Source: a virus (Duplodnaviria; Caudoviricetes). From it: a stretch of DNA of 64,000 bases. The stretch lies in the IMG/VR virus record IMGVR_UViG_3300020045_001640, positions 1 to 64,000 of that record. One strand, 5' to 3'. The translations under genes were made by a program, and so were the position numbers. Of this stretch, positions 1 through 8,094 are shown in pieces (the first letter of the stretch is position 1; every line of letters starts with the position of its first letter). The notes below the pieces were generated by a model. It was not told where the DNA came from. It did not search any database and was given only the letters and a program-made list of their open reading frames with translations.

Positions 1-115
1 CCACACCCTCTAAATAATAGCCTCCACGCATTGTGTCATGTTCGTAGGTCATGTTAGCGTCGTAGAACGTCTTCGCTCCGCATACGTCGCAGGGACAATA
101 GTCGCAGCCTGCCAT
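1..115 (-). CDS. Cys-rich hypothetical protein, 3'-partial (MAGCDYCPCDVCGAKTFYD...)
   Basis: Read by hand; ATG at 115 overlaps the stop of the upstream gene and the frame stays open to the window edge. Confidence 0.6.
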   Translation of the reverse strand, partial: MAGCDYCPCDVCGAKTFYDANMTYEHDTMRGGYYLEGV

Positions 116-360
116 TATGCAGCCTCCTGTTTGCCGCTGTAAGGCACAGCAAGCTCATCGTTCGTCATTATCCAGTCCCTTGCCCAATCCACCTTGGAAG
201 CCGTGTACTGGATGATGTGGGAGCTTTTGCTCACCACTTGCCATGTGCATGATCCGGCTTTCACAATCGTGTACAGGGAGCTTGTAGGGCAATTTGTAAT
301 GGGCTTGGCAAAGTAGTCGAGGGGCTTTTCTTTGCGTGGCAATGTATAAACTTTACTCAT
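115..360 (-). CDS. hypothetical protein
   Basis: 81-aa ORF packed between neighbouring genes. Confidence 0.65.
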   Translation of the reverse strand: MSKVYTLPRKEKPLDYFAKPITNCPTSSLYTIVKAGSCTWQVVSKSSHIIQYTASKVDWARDWIMTNDELAVPYSGKQEAA

Positions 361-361
361 G

Positions 362-553
362 TCAGATGCTCACTTTCTGTTCAGACATGCGGAATTTCAT
401 TGTAGGGAACTTTGCAGCTACAAGCTCCAAATAGTCAGCACTAATCCCATCATCTTCGTCCTTGCTGCAAAGCAGGCTCAATTCATTTGGAGTGTCTTTG
501 ACGCCCTCTACGTAGAGCCAACCTTTAGAGGATGTGTAAGTTTGAAGTTTCAT
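362..553 (-). CDS. hypothetical protein (MKLQTY...)
   Basis: SD AAGGAG before ATG at 553. Confidence 0.7.
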   Translation of the reverse strand: MKLQTYTSSKGWLYVEGVKDTPNELSLLCSKDEDDGISADYLELVAAKFPTMKFRMSEQKVSI

Positions 554-672
554 GTTATTCTCCTTATTTGTATGTAGCAAGTGTTTCACAGTGTTCTGCT
601 TATTGTCAACAAGTTTCTTGTAGAAGACAAAAGAAAGGCCACGAGCAATCTCTGCCAGCAGCCTAATAGGTG

Positions 673-801
673 TTACTCGTAAATGGTTAAAACATCTTCC
701 TCATCAGTGAAAGTCACTAGGCTCACACTGTCTTCCCCTGTCAAAGCCAACAACAATTGCAACGCTTCCATTTCTGCTACGTTTTGCTCCATTGCTTGCA
801 T
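673..801 (-). CDS. small acidic hypothetical protein (MQAMEQ...)
   Basis: The ORF-track extension to 897 overlaps a promoter; ATG 801 preferred. Confidence 0.45.
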   Translation of the reverse strand: MQAMEQNVAEMEALQLLLALTGEDSVSLVTFTDEEDVLTIYE

Positions 802-867
802 GTTTTTCTCGCTTATTATATGTGCCTCTTGAACAGAACAGAATGTCTTGTTCGCTGGCATGAGAGA

Positions 868-897
868 ATAATATATGAAACTGTTGAGGTCGGTCAA
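868..897 (-). promoter_or_regulatory. sigma70-like promoter TTGACC-18-TATTAT
   Basis: Hexamers at 897-892 and 873-868. Confidence 0.5.
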
Positions 898-965
898 GAT
901 ATTTATTCGTGGAAATTGTTATTTAATTTGATTGCTTATTACTCAAAGCTATGTTCCAATGCAGA

Positions 966-983
966 GGGCCGCTTTCGCGGCCC
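966..983 (-). terminator. GC-rich hairpin after ORF 987..1256
   Basis: gggccgc-tttc-gcggccc; GAAA loop on the minus strand; weak U tract. Confidence 0.5.
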
Positions 984-986
984 CTG

Positions 987-1256
987 TTAGACAAATATAA
1001 TAACATCAATTGGCGGGTCTGTCGTTAGTAGGAAGCTCTGTGTGGCGTCTGTAAGGTCTGGCAAGGGCATAAGCTCGGCAAGGGCTTCGTCAAGCTGTAC
1101 AGCCCTCGCAGGTTGCTCTAAGAGAGGCTCTGTTGGTGCTTCTGTGCAGAGCCAATCTAAGGGTGAAGGAGGGATAAGAATTGGCGGAGCCAAAATCCAT
1201 AAAGTGTTTAGGAAGGCTTGCCACCAATTTGGTTGCCACCATGTTGAGGTCGTCAT
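987..1256 (-). CDS. hypothetical Trp/Pro-rich protein
   Basis: 89-aa ORF with ATGA overlap to the upstream gene. Confidence 0.6.
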   Translation of the reverse strand: MTTSTWWQPNWWQAFLNTLWILAPPILIPPSPLDWLCTEAPTEPLLEQPARAVQLDEALAELMPLPDLTDATQSFLLTTDPPIDVIIFV

Positions 1257-1762
1257 TTCTTAAGCACCTCAGACATTGCCTCGCTCATGGACTTCGCAAA
1301 GCTCGTAGCAAAGGCGTGTGTGATTCGTTCCACAAGGAGAATCTTCTCAATGTCTGCTAAAGGATTCGGCTGTGCCTGTTGGGCATGTTCCTTTACTGCT
1401 TCAGGGGAAGATTCCCGTTTCTGGGCTGCTTTGTTACCTTCAGATTCCAACACGTTGTGCTTTGAGGGCTGTTCTTTAGGGACTACTTCCGGCCCTCCCT
1501 TTTGGGGTGAGACCTTGTAAAGCCTCGATCTTACCACCACTCCTCCGGCTGGCTGGAAACGCTGTCTATATTTCTCAACTATCTCTGACTCCAAGATTTC
1601 ACCCACAGGTTTTGTGGACCTGTACACACTCAAATCTACTGTCCGTGGTTCTTCACCGTTAGCTGCCCACATGCTGATGATCCCACGTGTCGTATCTAAA
1701 CTGTCCAGCATAAATACAGCAGGACGATTGTCGGGTGTAGTGCGAATAATAATGCTGTCCAT
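1253..1762 (-). CDS. hypothetical protein (MDSIIIR...)
   Basis: SD AAGGAG before ATG 1762; promoter just upstream. Confidence 0.75.
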   Translation of the reverse strand: MDSIIIRTTPDNRPAVFMLDSLDTTRGIISMWAANGEEPRTVDLSVYRSTKPVGEILESEIVEKYRQRFQPAGGVVVRSRLYKVSPQKGGPEVVPKEQPSKHNVLESEGNKAAQKRESSPEAVKEHAQQAQPNPLADIEKILLVERITHAFATSFAKSMSEAMSEVLKK

Positions 1763-1817
1763 GGTAATCTCCTTTAGTGTTTCGTCTAAGGCATCACATT
1801 TGTGCTGCCGATAACTA

Positions 1818-1845
1818 ATCATAATCCATCTCGTCAGCATGTCAA
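1818..1845 (-). promoter_or_regulatory. sigma70-like promoter TTGACA-16-TATGAT
   Basis: Hexamers at 1845-1840 and 1823-1818. Confidence 0.5.
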
Positions 1846-1935
1846 GTGATAAATCGCAAAGGTACGTAGAAATCCCTACAGGAAGGCACACATAGTGTCT
1901 CCTTGTAAGGCGTAGAGCACGCTAGAAGCTGCGTA

Positions 1936-2006
1936 AAGGGCTTGGAGGTACAAACAGAAGGGAATGTGTGGAAGGGCTTGAGAGGCTGTTTGCAAGGGCT
2001 TAGAGG
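1936..2006. repeat. three direct repeats AAGGGCTT(G/A)..AGG
   Basis: Copies at 1936, 1972 and 1994 in an intergenic gap. Confidence 0.6.
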
Positions 2007-2021
2007 CCAGCTACGCTGGCC
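2005..2021 (-). terminator. hairpin after ORF 2028..2210
   Basis: ggccagc-tac-gctggcc. Confidence 0.5.
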
Positions 2022-2027
2022 ATGTTG

Positions 2028-2210
2028 TCATATTAGATCATCAGAGTTTGGCTGGTCATTGCTTACAATGCAGACGTTGAGTAATCGAGGTTCCAACAGA
2101 ACATCCATGAAAGCCTCTAGTGCTGCATCAGAAAGATTTCCGTGAGTGGCTTCCAGCAGAAGCTCGATAGCCTTTCCTCTTGTGATATCTACTGTCGAAT
2201 AGACGCCCAT
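2028..2210 (-). CDS. hypothetical protein
   Basis: 60-aa ORF coupled to the upstream stop. Confidence 0.65.
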   Translation of the reverse strand: MGVYSTVDITRGKAIELLLEATHGNLSDAALEAFMDVLLEPRLLNVCIVSNDQPNSDDLI

Positions 2211-2491
2211 TATTTGTTCTCCTTATTAGCCACAGCATCCACACAATCATTCCACCCTCGCACATATCCGTGAGCATCTGCACCCATGCCTGCTTGTGAC
2301 ATACTGATGTAGGCTGGAGGCAGTGCTTGTATTTCACGCATTGCAACAAGAATCCGGCGAGCGACTTCTGAACTAATGTGTTTGTCAATTGTCCCAACAA
2401 CCTTCTCATAAGCCTCTTGAGCATGGAGAGGGCTTGCGCCCCTGTAGTCCATCATCAACTCGTGGAAATAGAATTCTGTGTCAATTGTCAT
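2210..2491 (-). CDS. hypothetical protein (MTIDTEFY...)
   Basis: ATG 2491 overlaps the end of the upstream peptide gene. Confidence 0.65.
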   Translation of the reverse strand: MTIDTEFYFHELMMDYRGASPLHAQEAYEKVVGTIDKHISSEVARRILVAMREIQALPPAYISMSQAGMGADAHGYVRGWNDCVDAVANKENK

Positions 2492-2582
2492 CACAACCAC
2501 CCGTCCCAATCATAGAAGCTACCAGCAATGGCACGCCAATAAATATTACAAGTGCTACAACGATAGCTAACAGAATACCCAT
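2481..2582 (-). CDS. 33-aa single-TM peptide MGILLAIVVALVIFIGVPLLVASMIGTGGCDDN
   Basis: Read by hand; SD-like AAGGTG; first ORF after the 2615-2643 promoter. Confidence 0.65.
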   Translation of the reverse strand: MGILLAIVVALVIFIGVPLLVASMIGTGGCDDN

Positions 2583-2614
2583 TAATCTTCACCTTATTGT
2601 TTAAGAACAGACAC

Positions 2615-2643
2615 ATCATAGACTAAAATCAATCTTCTAACAA
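2615..2643 (-). promoter_or_regulatory. sigma70-like promoter TTGTTA-17-TATGAT
   Basis: Hexamers at 2643-2638 and 2620-2615. Confidence 0.55.
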
Positions 2644-2646
2644 GTC

Positions 2647-2675
2647 TTGACACAACTCAATTCGGCCTCCATACT
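2647..2675 (+). promoter_or_regulatory. sigma70-like promoter TTGACA-17-CATACT
   Basis: Hexamers at 2647-2652 and 2670-2675; back-to-back with the minus-strand promoter. Confidence 0.55.
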
Positions 2676-2681
2676 GAACAC

Positions 2682-2804
2682 ATGTTGAAGCGTGGCAACA
2701 AGCTTGCAACAGAGAACGTAGAGCCACACAGAAACATTCCCCGTAACAAGGCCATGTTAGCTAACACGCACACGGTAGAATCCCTGCCAACAAAATACCT
2801 CTAG
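2682..2804 (+). CDS. possible leaderless 40-aa peptide (MLKRGNKLATENVEP...)
   Basis: ATG 6 nt after the -10 box, no SD; could instead be a small RNA. Confidence 0.35.
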   Translation: MLKRGNKLATENVEPHRNIPRNKAMLANTHTVESLPTKYL

Positions 2805-2891
2805 ATAGCCTATGTAAAATGTTGGCAGAGCACCTGTCAAAATGGCATTAGCGTTTGTAATCGGAATCCGAAATTTCCTATTCGAGATTTA

Positions 2892-3278
2892 TCAGCCACG
2901 CCCATCGAACATTTCTTGCAAGCTCAACAATGTGTTGTAAGCATCTTCTGACAATTCGCTACCTGTGAGCTTGTTGAATGCTGCTAGAATATCTTCATCA
3001 GAGAGCTTGCCAATTTTATCCGGCCTAGAGGGCTTACAAGCTGGCATTGCCGGAGCAGGGCGTGTGGGTGCTGGCAAGATGGTGTCAACGGGTGTGTGAT
3101 ACCGCCAGTGAGTAATGTCATGCCCGTTTCCGTCTATGTTCCAATGGTAAGCATCTGCACGATGACGTTCATCTATCTCACCACTCTCCCACAGAGTATC
3201 AATCCACTCCGTTGTGCGTGGCCTTGTGCCATCATTAGCAGTCCAAGCACTCTCATTCTTCCAAGCTTCTGCAATCAT
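2892..3278 (-). CDS. hypothetical protein with Pro-rich linker
   Basis: 128-aa ORF. Confidence 0.7.
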   Translation of the reverse strand: MIAEAWKNESAWTANDGTRPRTTEWIDTLWESGEIDERHRADAYHWNIDGNGHDITHWRYHTPVDTILPAPTRPAPAMPACKPSRPDKIGKLSDEDILAAFNKLTGSELSEDAYNTLLSLQEMFDGRG

Positions 3279-3279
3279 T

Positions 3280-3570
3280 TTATTCTTTCCCTAAAAGTTG
3301 TCGTTCACCCTCAATCGTCTGCGTAACATACTCTGAAACATCCTCTGTTGTCAAGCCTCTGCTAACATTATTCTCTAGTAGTGACAGCTTCCAAGCATTG
3401 CTATACTCTAAATACTTGATGTGCTCATTCACAGCTAAGAGGATTTCCCAATCAATGTGAGGGGTTTCCTTCTGAAACTGAGCAGCCCTCTCTACGAAGA
3501 TGTTCCAGAAATGTCTGGTTGTCTCGTCCATTCTGTTCATTGACATTCCTTCTTCGTTTGTTCTAGCCAA
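3280..3570 (-). CDS. hypothetical protein
   Basis: Packed ORF; true start probably near 3540-3546. Confidence 0.65.
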   Translation of the reverse strand: MARTNEEGMSMNRMDETTRHFWNIFVERAAQFQKETPHIDWEILLAVNEHIKYLEYSNAWKLSLLENNVSRGLTTEDVSEYVTQTIEGERQLLGKE

Positions 3571-3737
3571 GCAGCTTCCAATTCCTTCACAATACTCACA
3601 GGGAATATCTCCAGGATGTAAGGAGCATGTTGGTTGTTAATAGGTATCCAGCGATTGTTGTAGTATTTGACGATGGAGAGAAGCTGTGCCATGTCACCTG
3701 CATTCTCTAGCACTAAATGGTTGTTCTCAAGCTTCAA
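3537..3737 (-). CDS. hypothetical protein (TTG start, MKLENNHL...)
   Basis: SD GGAGG 6 nt before TTG at 3737. Confidence 0.6.
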   Translation of the reverse strand: MKLENNHLVLENAGDMAQLLSIVKYYNNRWIPINNQHAPYILEIFPVSIVKELEAAWLEQTKKECQ

Positions 3738-3903
3738 GGCATTCCTCCAGTCTGTCCATAATGTGTACAGGAATTCTACATTGTCCGTTTGTAGTGCTGG
3801 CAAGGCTCTTGTTATACTTGGAAAAAGCGAGCAGGACTCTGGCTATTTCACCTGAGTCGCTTAGGACAAGCTTTAGCTCGATTCCGTCATCTTCGATTCT
3901 CAT
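3727..3903 (-). CDS. hypothetical protein (MRIEDDG...)
   Basis: ATGA overlap with the upstream gene. Confidence 0.6.
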   Translation of the reverse strand: MRIEDDGIELKLVLSDSGEIARVLLAFSKYNKSLASTTNGQCRIPVHIMDRLEECLEA

Positions 3904-4085
3904 GACTGCTCCCACAAGGCTAAGGTGATTTTGAAAGGACAATTGCCATTGTCTGAAGCTTTGTACAGATTACTGAAAGAGTATCGTTGGCCGTCTTGTA
4001 CATCTGTATAGCGAAGGCATTGTTCTCGCATAGAGCAAAAGTTCCCAGAGCACCTGCAAATGTCATTTCCGAGAAGTTGCTTCAT
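3900..4085 (-). CDS. small Cys-rich hypothetical protein
   Basis: CRCSGNFCSMREQC motif; ATGA overlap. Confidence 0.65.
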   Translation of the reverse strand: MKQLLGNDICRCSGNFCSMREQCLRYTDVQDGQRYSFSNLYKASDNGNCPFKITLALWEQS

Positions 4086-4294
4086 TTCAAGCTCTCCATG
4101 TATTTCTGCATGACAGCAACGTTGACGACGATTCCTGCGAGATTGTCCTCTAAGTCATAAACAAGTTCGTGGTCGTCCCTGATACCATAAGAGTCGCCAC
4201 AGGCTATCTCAAGGAAAGAGAAGCCTTGTTCCTCTTGCTTGCGAAGCTCTGCTATTTGTGCTTCCAATTCTGCAATATCATCTTTGATGCTCAT
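4082..4294 (-). CDS. hypothetical protein with N-terminal coiled coil
   Basis: SD GGAG; 70 aa. Confidence 0.7.
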   Translation of the reverse strand: MSIKDDIAELEAQIAELRKQEEQGFSFLEIACGDSYGIRDDHELVYDLEDNLAGIVVNVAVMQKYMESLK

Positions 4295-4303
4295 GTGTTC
4301 TCC

Positions 4304-4888
4304 TTAGTTATCCAACAAGTGTGCTGACAGTTCTTCAATACCTTGATAGTACTTCCAATCGGGAAACTTGGCAAGAATCTTCTGCACATAAGCGTGTTCG
4401 TTGTTGTAAATTGTGGAAGTTTTGTAAATGGCTTTAAACTTCTCTCCACGGATGAAAGGCTTCTCCAAGTGAATTTTGTAGTTCTTATACCAAGCATGGC
4501 AGATGCTTAGAGGAAACATCGGCAACACTGAGTGATGAGTGTGTTTGTCCATACGCATAAGTTGCACTTTGACGCCCTGATACGTTAGACAGTAAACACC
4601 TTTCAGGTGAGGATTCTTCTTATACCACTCTGGAATCGTTCCTCCTAGTTTCAGTTCATCGTACTCGATACCAACAGACTTCAGGCGAGCATCTAGGATG
4701 TCGAGCGTTTGAGGCTCCGTATAGAAGAACAAATCAATGTCTGAAGCAACCTTGCCAAAGTGCCAGTCTCGTGGAGCGCCACCAGCTACGATGCAGTAAG
4801 GGTCAATCGGGAGCATCTTGTCAAGGAATGTATCTGCTACGAATTTCTGATGTTCTATTTTCTCTTGCGTGTTAGGGATAAGACTCAT
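4304..4888 (-). CDS. nucleotidyltransferase (tRNA-NTase/poly(A) polymerase head-like)
   Basis: IVAGGAPRD...SDIDLFF (GG-x-RD, DxD); SD AAGGAG before ATG 4888. Confidence 0.8.
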   Translation of the reverse strand: MSLIPNTQEKIEHQKFVADTFLDKMLPIDPYCIVAGGAPRDWHFGKVASDIDLFFYTEPQTLDILDARLKSVGIEYDELKLGGTIPEWYKKNPHLKGVYCLTYQGVKVQLMRMDKHTHHSVLPMFPLSICHAWYKNYKIHLEKPFIRGEKFKAIYKTSTIYNNEHAYVQKILAKFPDWKYYQGIEELSAHLLDN

Positions 4889-4925
4889 GTGTTCTCCTTG
4901 TTGTGTTTGTATAGCGACAGGACAC

Positions 4926-4954
4926 ATATTAGAAGGCTTGTTAGGAGAAGTCAA
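4926..4954 (-). promoter_or_regulatory. sigma70-like promoter TTGACT-17-TAATAT
   Basis: Hexamers at 4954-4949 and 4931-4926. Confidence 0.65.
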
Positions 4955-4977
4955 GAAGATTCTTCTGAAATTTAATG

Positions 4978-5006
4978 TTGACAAGGATGAGAAGAACATT
5001 TACAGT
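4978..5006 (+). promoter_or_regulatory. sigma70-like promoter TTGACA-17-TACAGT (start of the rightward arm)
   Basis: Hexamers at 4978-4983 and 5001-5006. Confidence 0.65.
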
Positions 5007-5060
5007 AGTGGCTGTGCTTGCTTCAGAGGGAAGCGAGAAGGACAACAAGGAGAGAAGATT

Positions 5061-5309
5061 GTGAAACTTAACGGATATGATTTAGTGTGTACGTGTGGAC
5101 ATTGCCCAGAACAGTACGATGTGTTTAAGGAAGGTGTGCAAGTGGGTTATTTGCGCCTCCGACACGGATACTTCATAGCAGATTGCGGACTTACTACAGT
5201 GTACGAATCTCGCACTCAAGGTGACGGAGGCTTTGAAGAAGATGAGCGTGAGTATCATCTGACGGAAGCTGTGAAGGCAATTCATGATAAACTTATGGAG
5301 GCTAAATGA
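5061..5309 (+). CDS. hypothetical protein (MKLNGYDLVCTCGHCPEQYDV...)
   Basis: SD AAGGAG then GTG at 5061. Confidence 0.75.
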   Translation: MKLNGYDLVCTCGHCPEQYDVFKEGVQVGYLRLRHGYFIADCGLTTVYESRTQGDGGFEEDEREYHLTEAVKAIHDKLMEAK

Positions 5310-5518
5310 AAACTGATAAAGAGAAGCTTGCAGAACTCTTGACATTGTTTGGAGTTGAGTGGCGAGAGAAGAATTATGAAGTGATTGGCCCTTCATGCAG
5401 TCAAATTAAAGTGGGAGGCTTCAACAACTACGAGAAGGTTGTGGGCTACAATGGCTTCTATACTTTGTTTGAATTTTATAGTGACGGAAGCTTTATGCAG
5501 ATGGGAGCTTGGGAGTGA
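5306..5518 (+). CDS. hypothetical protein
   Basis: ATGA overlap. Confidence 0.7.
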   Translation: MKTDKEKLAELLTLFGVEWREKNYEVIGPSCSQIKVGGFNNYEKVVGYNGFYTLFEFYSDGSFMQMGAWE

Positions 5519-5745
5519 AAATTCGACAGGTTGCACAAGTCTGCACACTTACAAACGCCCATACCAACCCTCCACCTAATGCTAGTCGCGTTTTAGCTTT
5601 AACAAATGCAGGCTGTCTGATACAATTGGTCTGGTCAAAGACATCTATTGAGTGGTGCTCTGCATGGTGCCCGTTCCCAGCCGTACCAGATGACGTGAAG
5701 AAATTGCTTGGTGACAAGTATTTGGTTAAAGGAGAAGCCTCATGA
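5515..5745 (+). CDS. DUF551-like hypothetical protein
   Basis: PP..RVLALT...AWCPFP pattern; GTGA overlap. Confidence 0.55.
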   Translation: MKIRQVAQVCTLTNAHTNPPPNASRVLALTNAGCLIQLVWSKTSIEWCSAWCPFPAVPDDVKKLLGDKYLVKGEAS

Positions 5746-5933
5746 GCATGGACAAATGGATTACAGAAAACACACAATACTACAAAGGCTACACCATTAC
5801 ACCTACAAGTATTAGTGATCCTGACGGTACGTTACACTGGATGACTTGGAATAGTTATAGTGCCTCGAGGGAAGATGTGATGGAGAATGCTGTGAAGATT
5901 ATTGATAAGGAGCTTAGTCATGAAATCGCTTAA
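5742..5933 (+). CDS. hypothetical protein
   Basis: ATGA overlap, SD AAGGAG. Confidence 0.7.
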   Translation: MSMDKWITENTQYYKGYTITPTSISDPDGTLHWMTWNSYSASREDVMENAVKIIDKELSHEIA

Positions 5934-6162
5934 AGATATTGTACGAGAAACACACGTAGGATACGGTGGCAGTATTGCAGGTTATTCAATTATAGCCGAG
6001 GAAGGCACACTCACCGACGAAGACTTGGCGTATGCTGAGAAGGTGATTAATAAGGCTTGTGAAGGACAAGTAGGGTATGATTGCTTTTCGGATGAAGGTG
6101 GGATTAACATCGCAGCGTATCTTTTGGCAGAAGTGAAAGCTTTTCGCAAGGAGTGGAAATGA
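5920..6162 (+). CDS. hypothetical protein (MKSLKD...)
   Basis: SD AAGGAG before ATG 5920. Confidence 0.7.
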   Translation: MKSLKDIVRETHVGYGGSIAGYSIIAEEGTLTDEDLAYAEKVINKACEGQVGYDCFSDEGGINIAAYLLAEVKAFRKEWK

Positions 6163-6323
6163 ACGAATACACAAATCAAATACGAGCACTTGCACAGCAC
6201 CTAGAAGATGGCAGTGACATTCCGTTGGTGTCGGTATGGATTACCTTGCGAGAAGCTGCACAGAAGATTGATGAGTTGGCAGAGTTGCTTGAGAGTTATT
6301 CTAATGTGACATTGGGGGATTGA
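6159..6323 (+). CDS. 54-aa hypothetical protein (MNEYTNQIRALA...)
   Basis: Read by hand; ATGA overlap; fills the gap before the ligase. Confidence 0.6.
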   Translation: MNEYTNQIRALAQHLEDGSDIPLVSVWITLREAAQKIDELAELLESYSNVTLGD

Positions 6324-6324
6324 G

Positions 6325-7689
6325 ATGAGCACACTTTACACAATTATTCAGAGCCTACAGCAAGCGTCTGGCTCTAACGCCAAGCAAGCTATTCTTGAGC
6401 AGAACAAGGATAACAGCTTGCTGAAGGAATACCTACGAGCAGTTCTAGACCCATCCTTAAGCTACTACCAAAAAGCCGTACCGAAACACGGTAAGCCTAC
6501 AGGCCGTCAAGCCGCCTTCGACCAAGCAGATATCGACCACGTTATTAACACGTTCGCCAAGCGTATGGTGACGGGTGATTGCGCTAAACGCGCCATGCAG
6601 AAATGGGTAGAGGATCAAAACTCTGTAGAAGATCAAGAGTTGTGCAAGATGATTATTGATCGTTCTATTGGTGGTTCGGTGGGAGAGACAATGGTGCTCA
6701 AGGTTTGGCCGGGATTGTTCTTCACAGTTCCTTACCAGCGTTGCAGTTTGCTTGATGATAAGGCAAAGGCCCGGTTTGCGAAGCTTCCACTACTCCTGAT
6801 ACAGGAAAAGTGTGATGGTAGCTTCTTGTACTTGACGAAAGAGACGGACAAACCTGCTGAAGCTATCACTCGCGCTGGCTCTCGCTACCCTGCTGAGTTT
6901 GCAGCAAGCCTCGCAGAAGGTGTGCCTGACAACGTTGTGCTTGTAGGTGAGTTGTTGGTGTTTACCAATCCACAGCACAACGGAAAGATGGATGTTCTTG
7001 ATCGCCAAACAGGTAACGGAATGTTGAACAGTGTTCTCAAGGGCGGGAACGTAGACGACGATTTCCTTTACCGAATGTTCGCATGGGACATTTTAAGTGT
7101 TGAAGAATTTAAAGCAGGGAAGAGTGTACGAAACTACCAGCAACGTCTTTCAGCTTTGGACGTTATAAGTGTGAGCAATACAGTTCCAAAAGTTCAGGCT
7201 ATCCAAACAGAAAAAGTAACGAGTCTGGAAGAGGCTTACACTATCTACTCAAAGTTCACGGCAACGGGTAAAGAAGGTGCTGTACTGAAAACCACAGACT
7301 TCATCTGGAAGGATGGTACAAGCAAAGACATGGTGAAGATGAAAATCACCTTCGAAATTGACCTTGAAATCACCCATGTTACAGAGGGCACTGGCAAGGC
7401 TGCTGGTATGATGGGCAGCATTGGTGTCAAGAGTCGTGAAGGAATTATCAAGTGTGACGTAGGAACGGGCTGGAGCGACGAGGACAGGATTCGGTGCTGG
7501 AAAGAACGTGACACATTGCCGGGGAAGATTCTTGCACTGAAGGCGAATGACATTATCAGCAATCGCAGTAGTGATACTAAGAGTTTGTTCTTGCCGGTGG
7601 CACTTGAGTGTCCACGTATGGACAAAACAGTAGCAGACAGCTATGATGAGTGCTTGGCAATTCTCAACAGTGCGAAAGGCTTAAAGTGA
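6325..7689 (+). CDS. lig: ATP-dependent DNA ligase
   Basis: Motif I EKCDG, GELLV, EGAVLK, KMK, followed by an OB-fold. Confidence 0.93.
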   Translation: MSTLYTIIQSLQQASGSNAKQAILEQNKDNSLLKEYLRAVLDPSLSYYQKAVPKHGKPTGRQAAFDQADIDHVINTFAKRMVTGDCAKRAMQKWVEDQNSVEDQELCKMIIDRSIGGSVGETMVLKVWPGLFFTVPYQRCSLLDDKAKARFAKLPLLLIQEKCDGSFLYLTKETDKPAEAITRAGSRYPAEFAASLAEGVPDNVVLVGELLVFTNPQHNGKMDVLDRQTGNGMLNSVLKGGNVDDDFLYRMFAWDILSVEEFKAGKSVRNYQQRLSALDVISVSNTVPKVQAIQTEKVTSLEEAYTIYSKFTATGKEGAVLKTTDFIWKDGTSKDMVKMKITFEIDLEITHVTEGTGKAAGMMGSIGVKSREGIIKCDVGTGWSDEDRIRCWKERDTLPGKILALKANDIISNRSSDTKSLFLPVALECPRMDKTVADSYDECLAILNSAKGLK

Positions 7690-7925
7690 TAACCCTAACA
7701 GGCTTCAAAGTAGAGTACAATGGCGAAGATTACATGGTAGTGCCTTCACAAGACCACTCTTACATCATTGTGTACAAGGACAACGTACAGGTGCAGATAT
7801 TGACTCCATCAAGCATCTTAGGAATGTTCTGGAACGGAGTGCCAAAGCATGTCACATTGGCAGTGGCTTGTATGTTGGCTTACAGAGAAATCTATCTACC
7901 AAAGGAACAGAATGACAAGAATTGA
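7686..7925 (+). CDS. hypothetical protein
   Basis: GTGA overlap with the ligase stop. Confidence 0.6.
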   Translation: MITLTGFKVEYNGEDYMVVPSQDHSYIIVYKDNVQVQILTPSSILGMFWNGVPKHVTLAVACMLAYREIYLPKEQNDKN

Positions 7926-8094
7926 CGCTGTAAACCATTCACACTGGACTATACAACACTTTGACACTGACGAAGGCTGGCTTGATTCTCCTGAATATGT
8001 TTTCTCAGCACGAGAGGACGCTGAGAGGATGCTAGGAATTCTTCGTCCGCATGATGGGAATTATAGGGTTTATGAGGTGTTGACAGATGGCTAA
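7912..8094 (+). CDS. hypothetical protein (MTRIDAV...)
   Basis: SD AAGGA. Confidence 0.65.
   Translation: MTRIDAVNHSHWTIQHFDTDEGWLDSPEYVFSAREDAERMLGILRPHDGNYRVYEVLTDG

Noticed and set aside
584-610. TTGACA on the minus strand upstream of 362..553
   Set aside because: No convincing -10 at 16-18 nt (best match AACACT)
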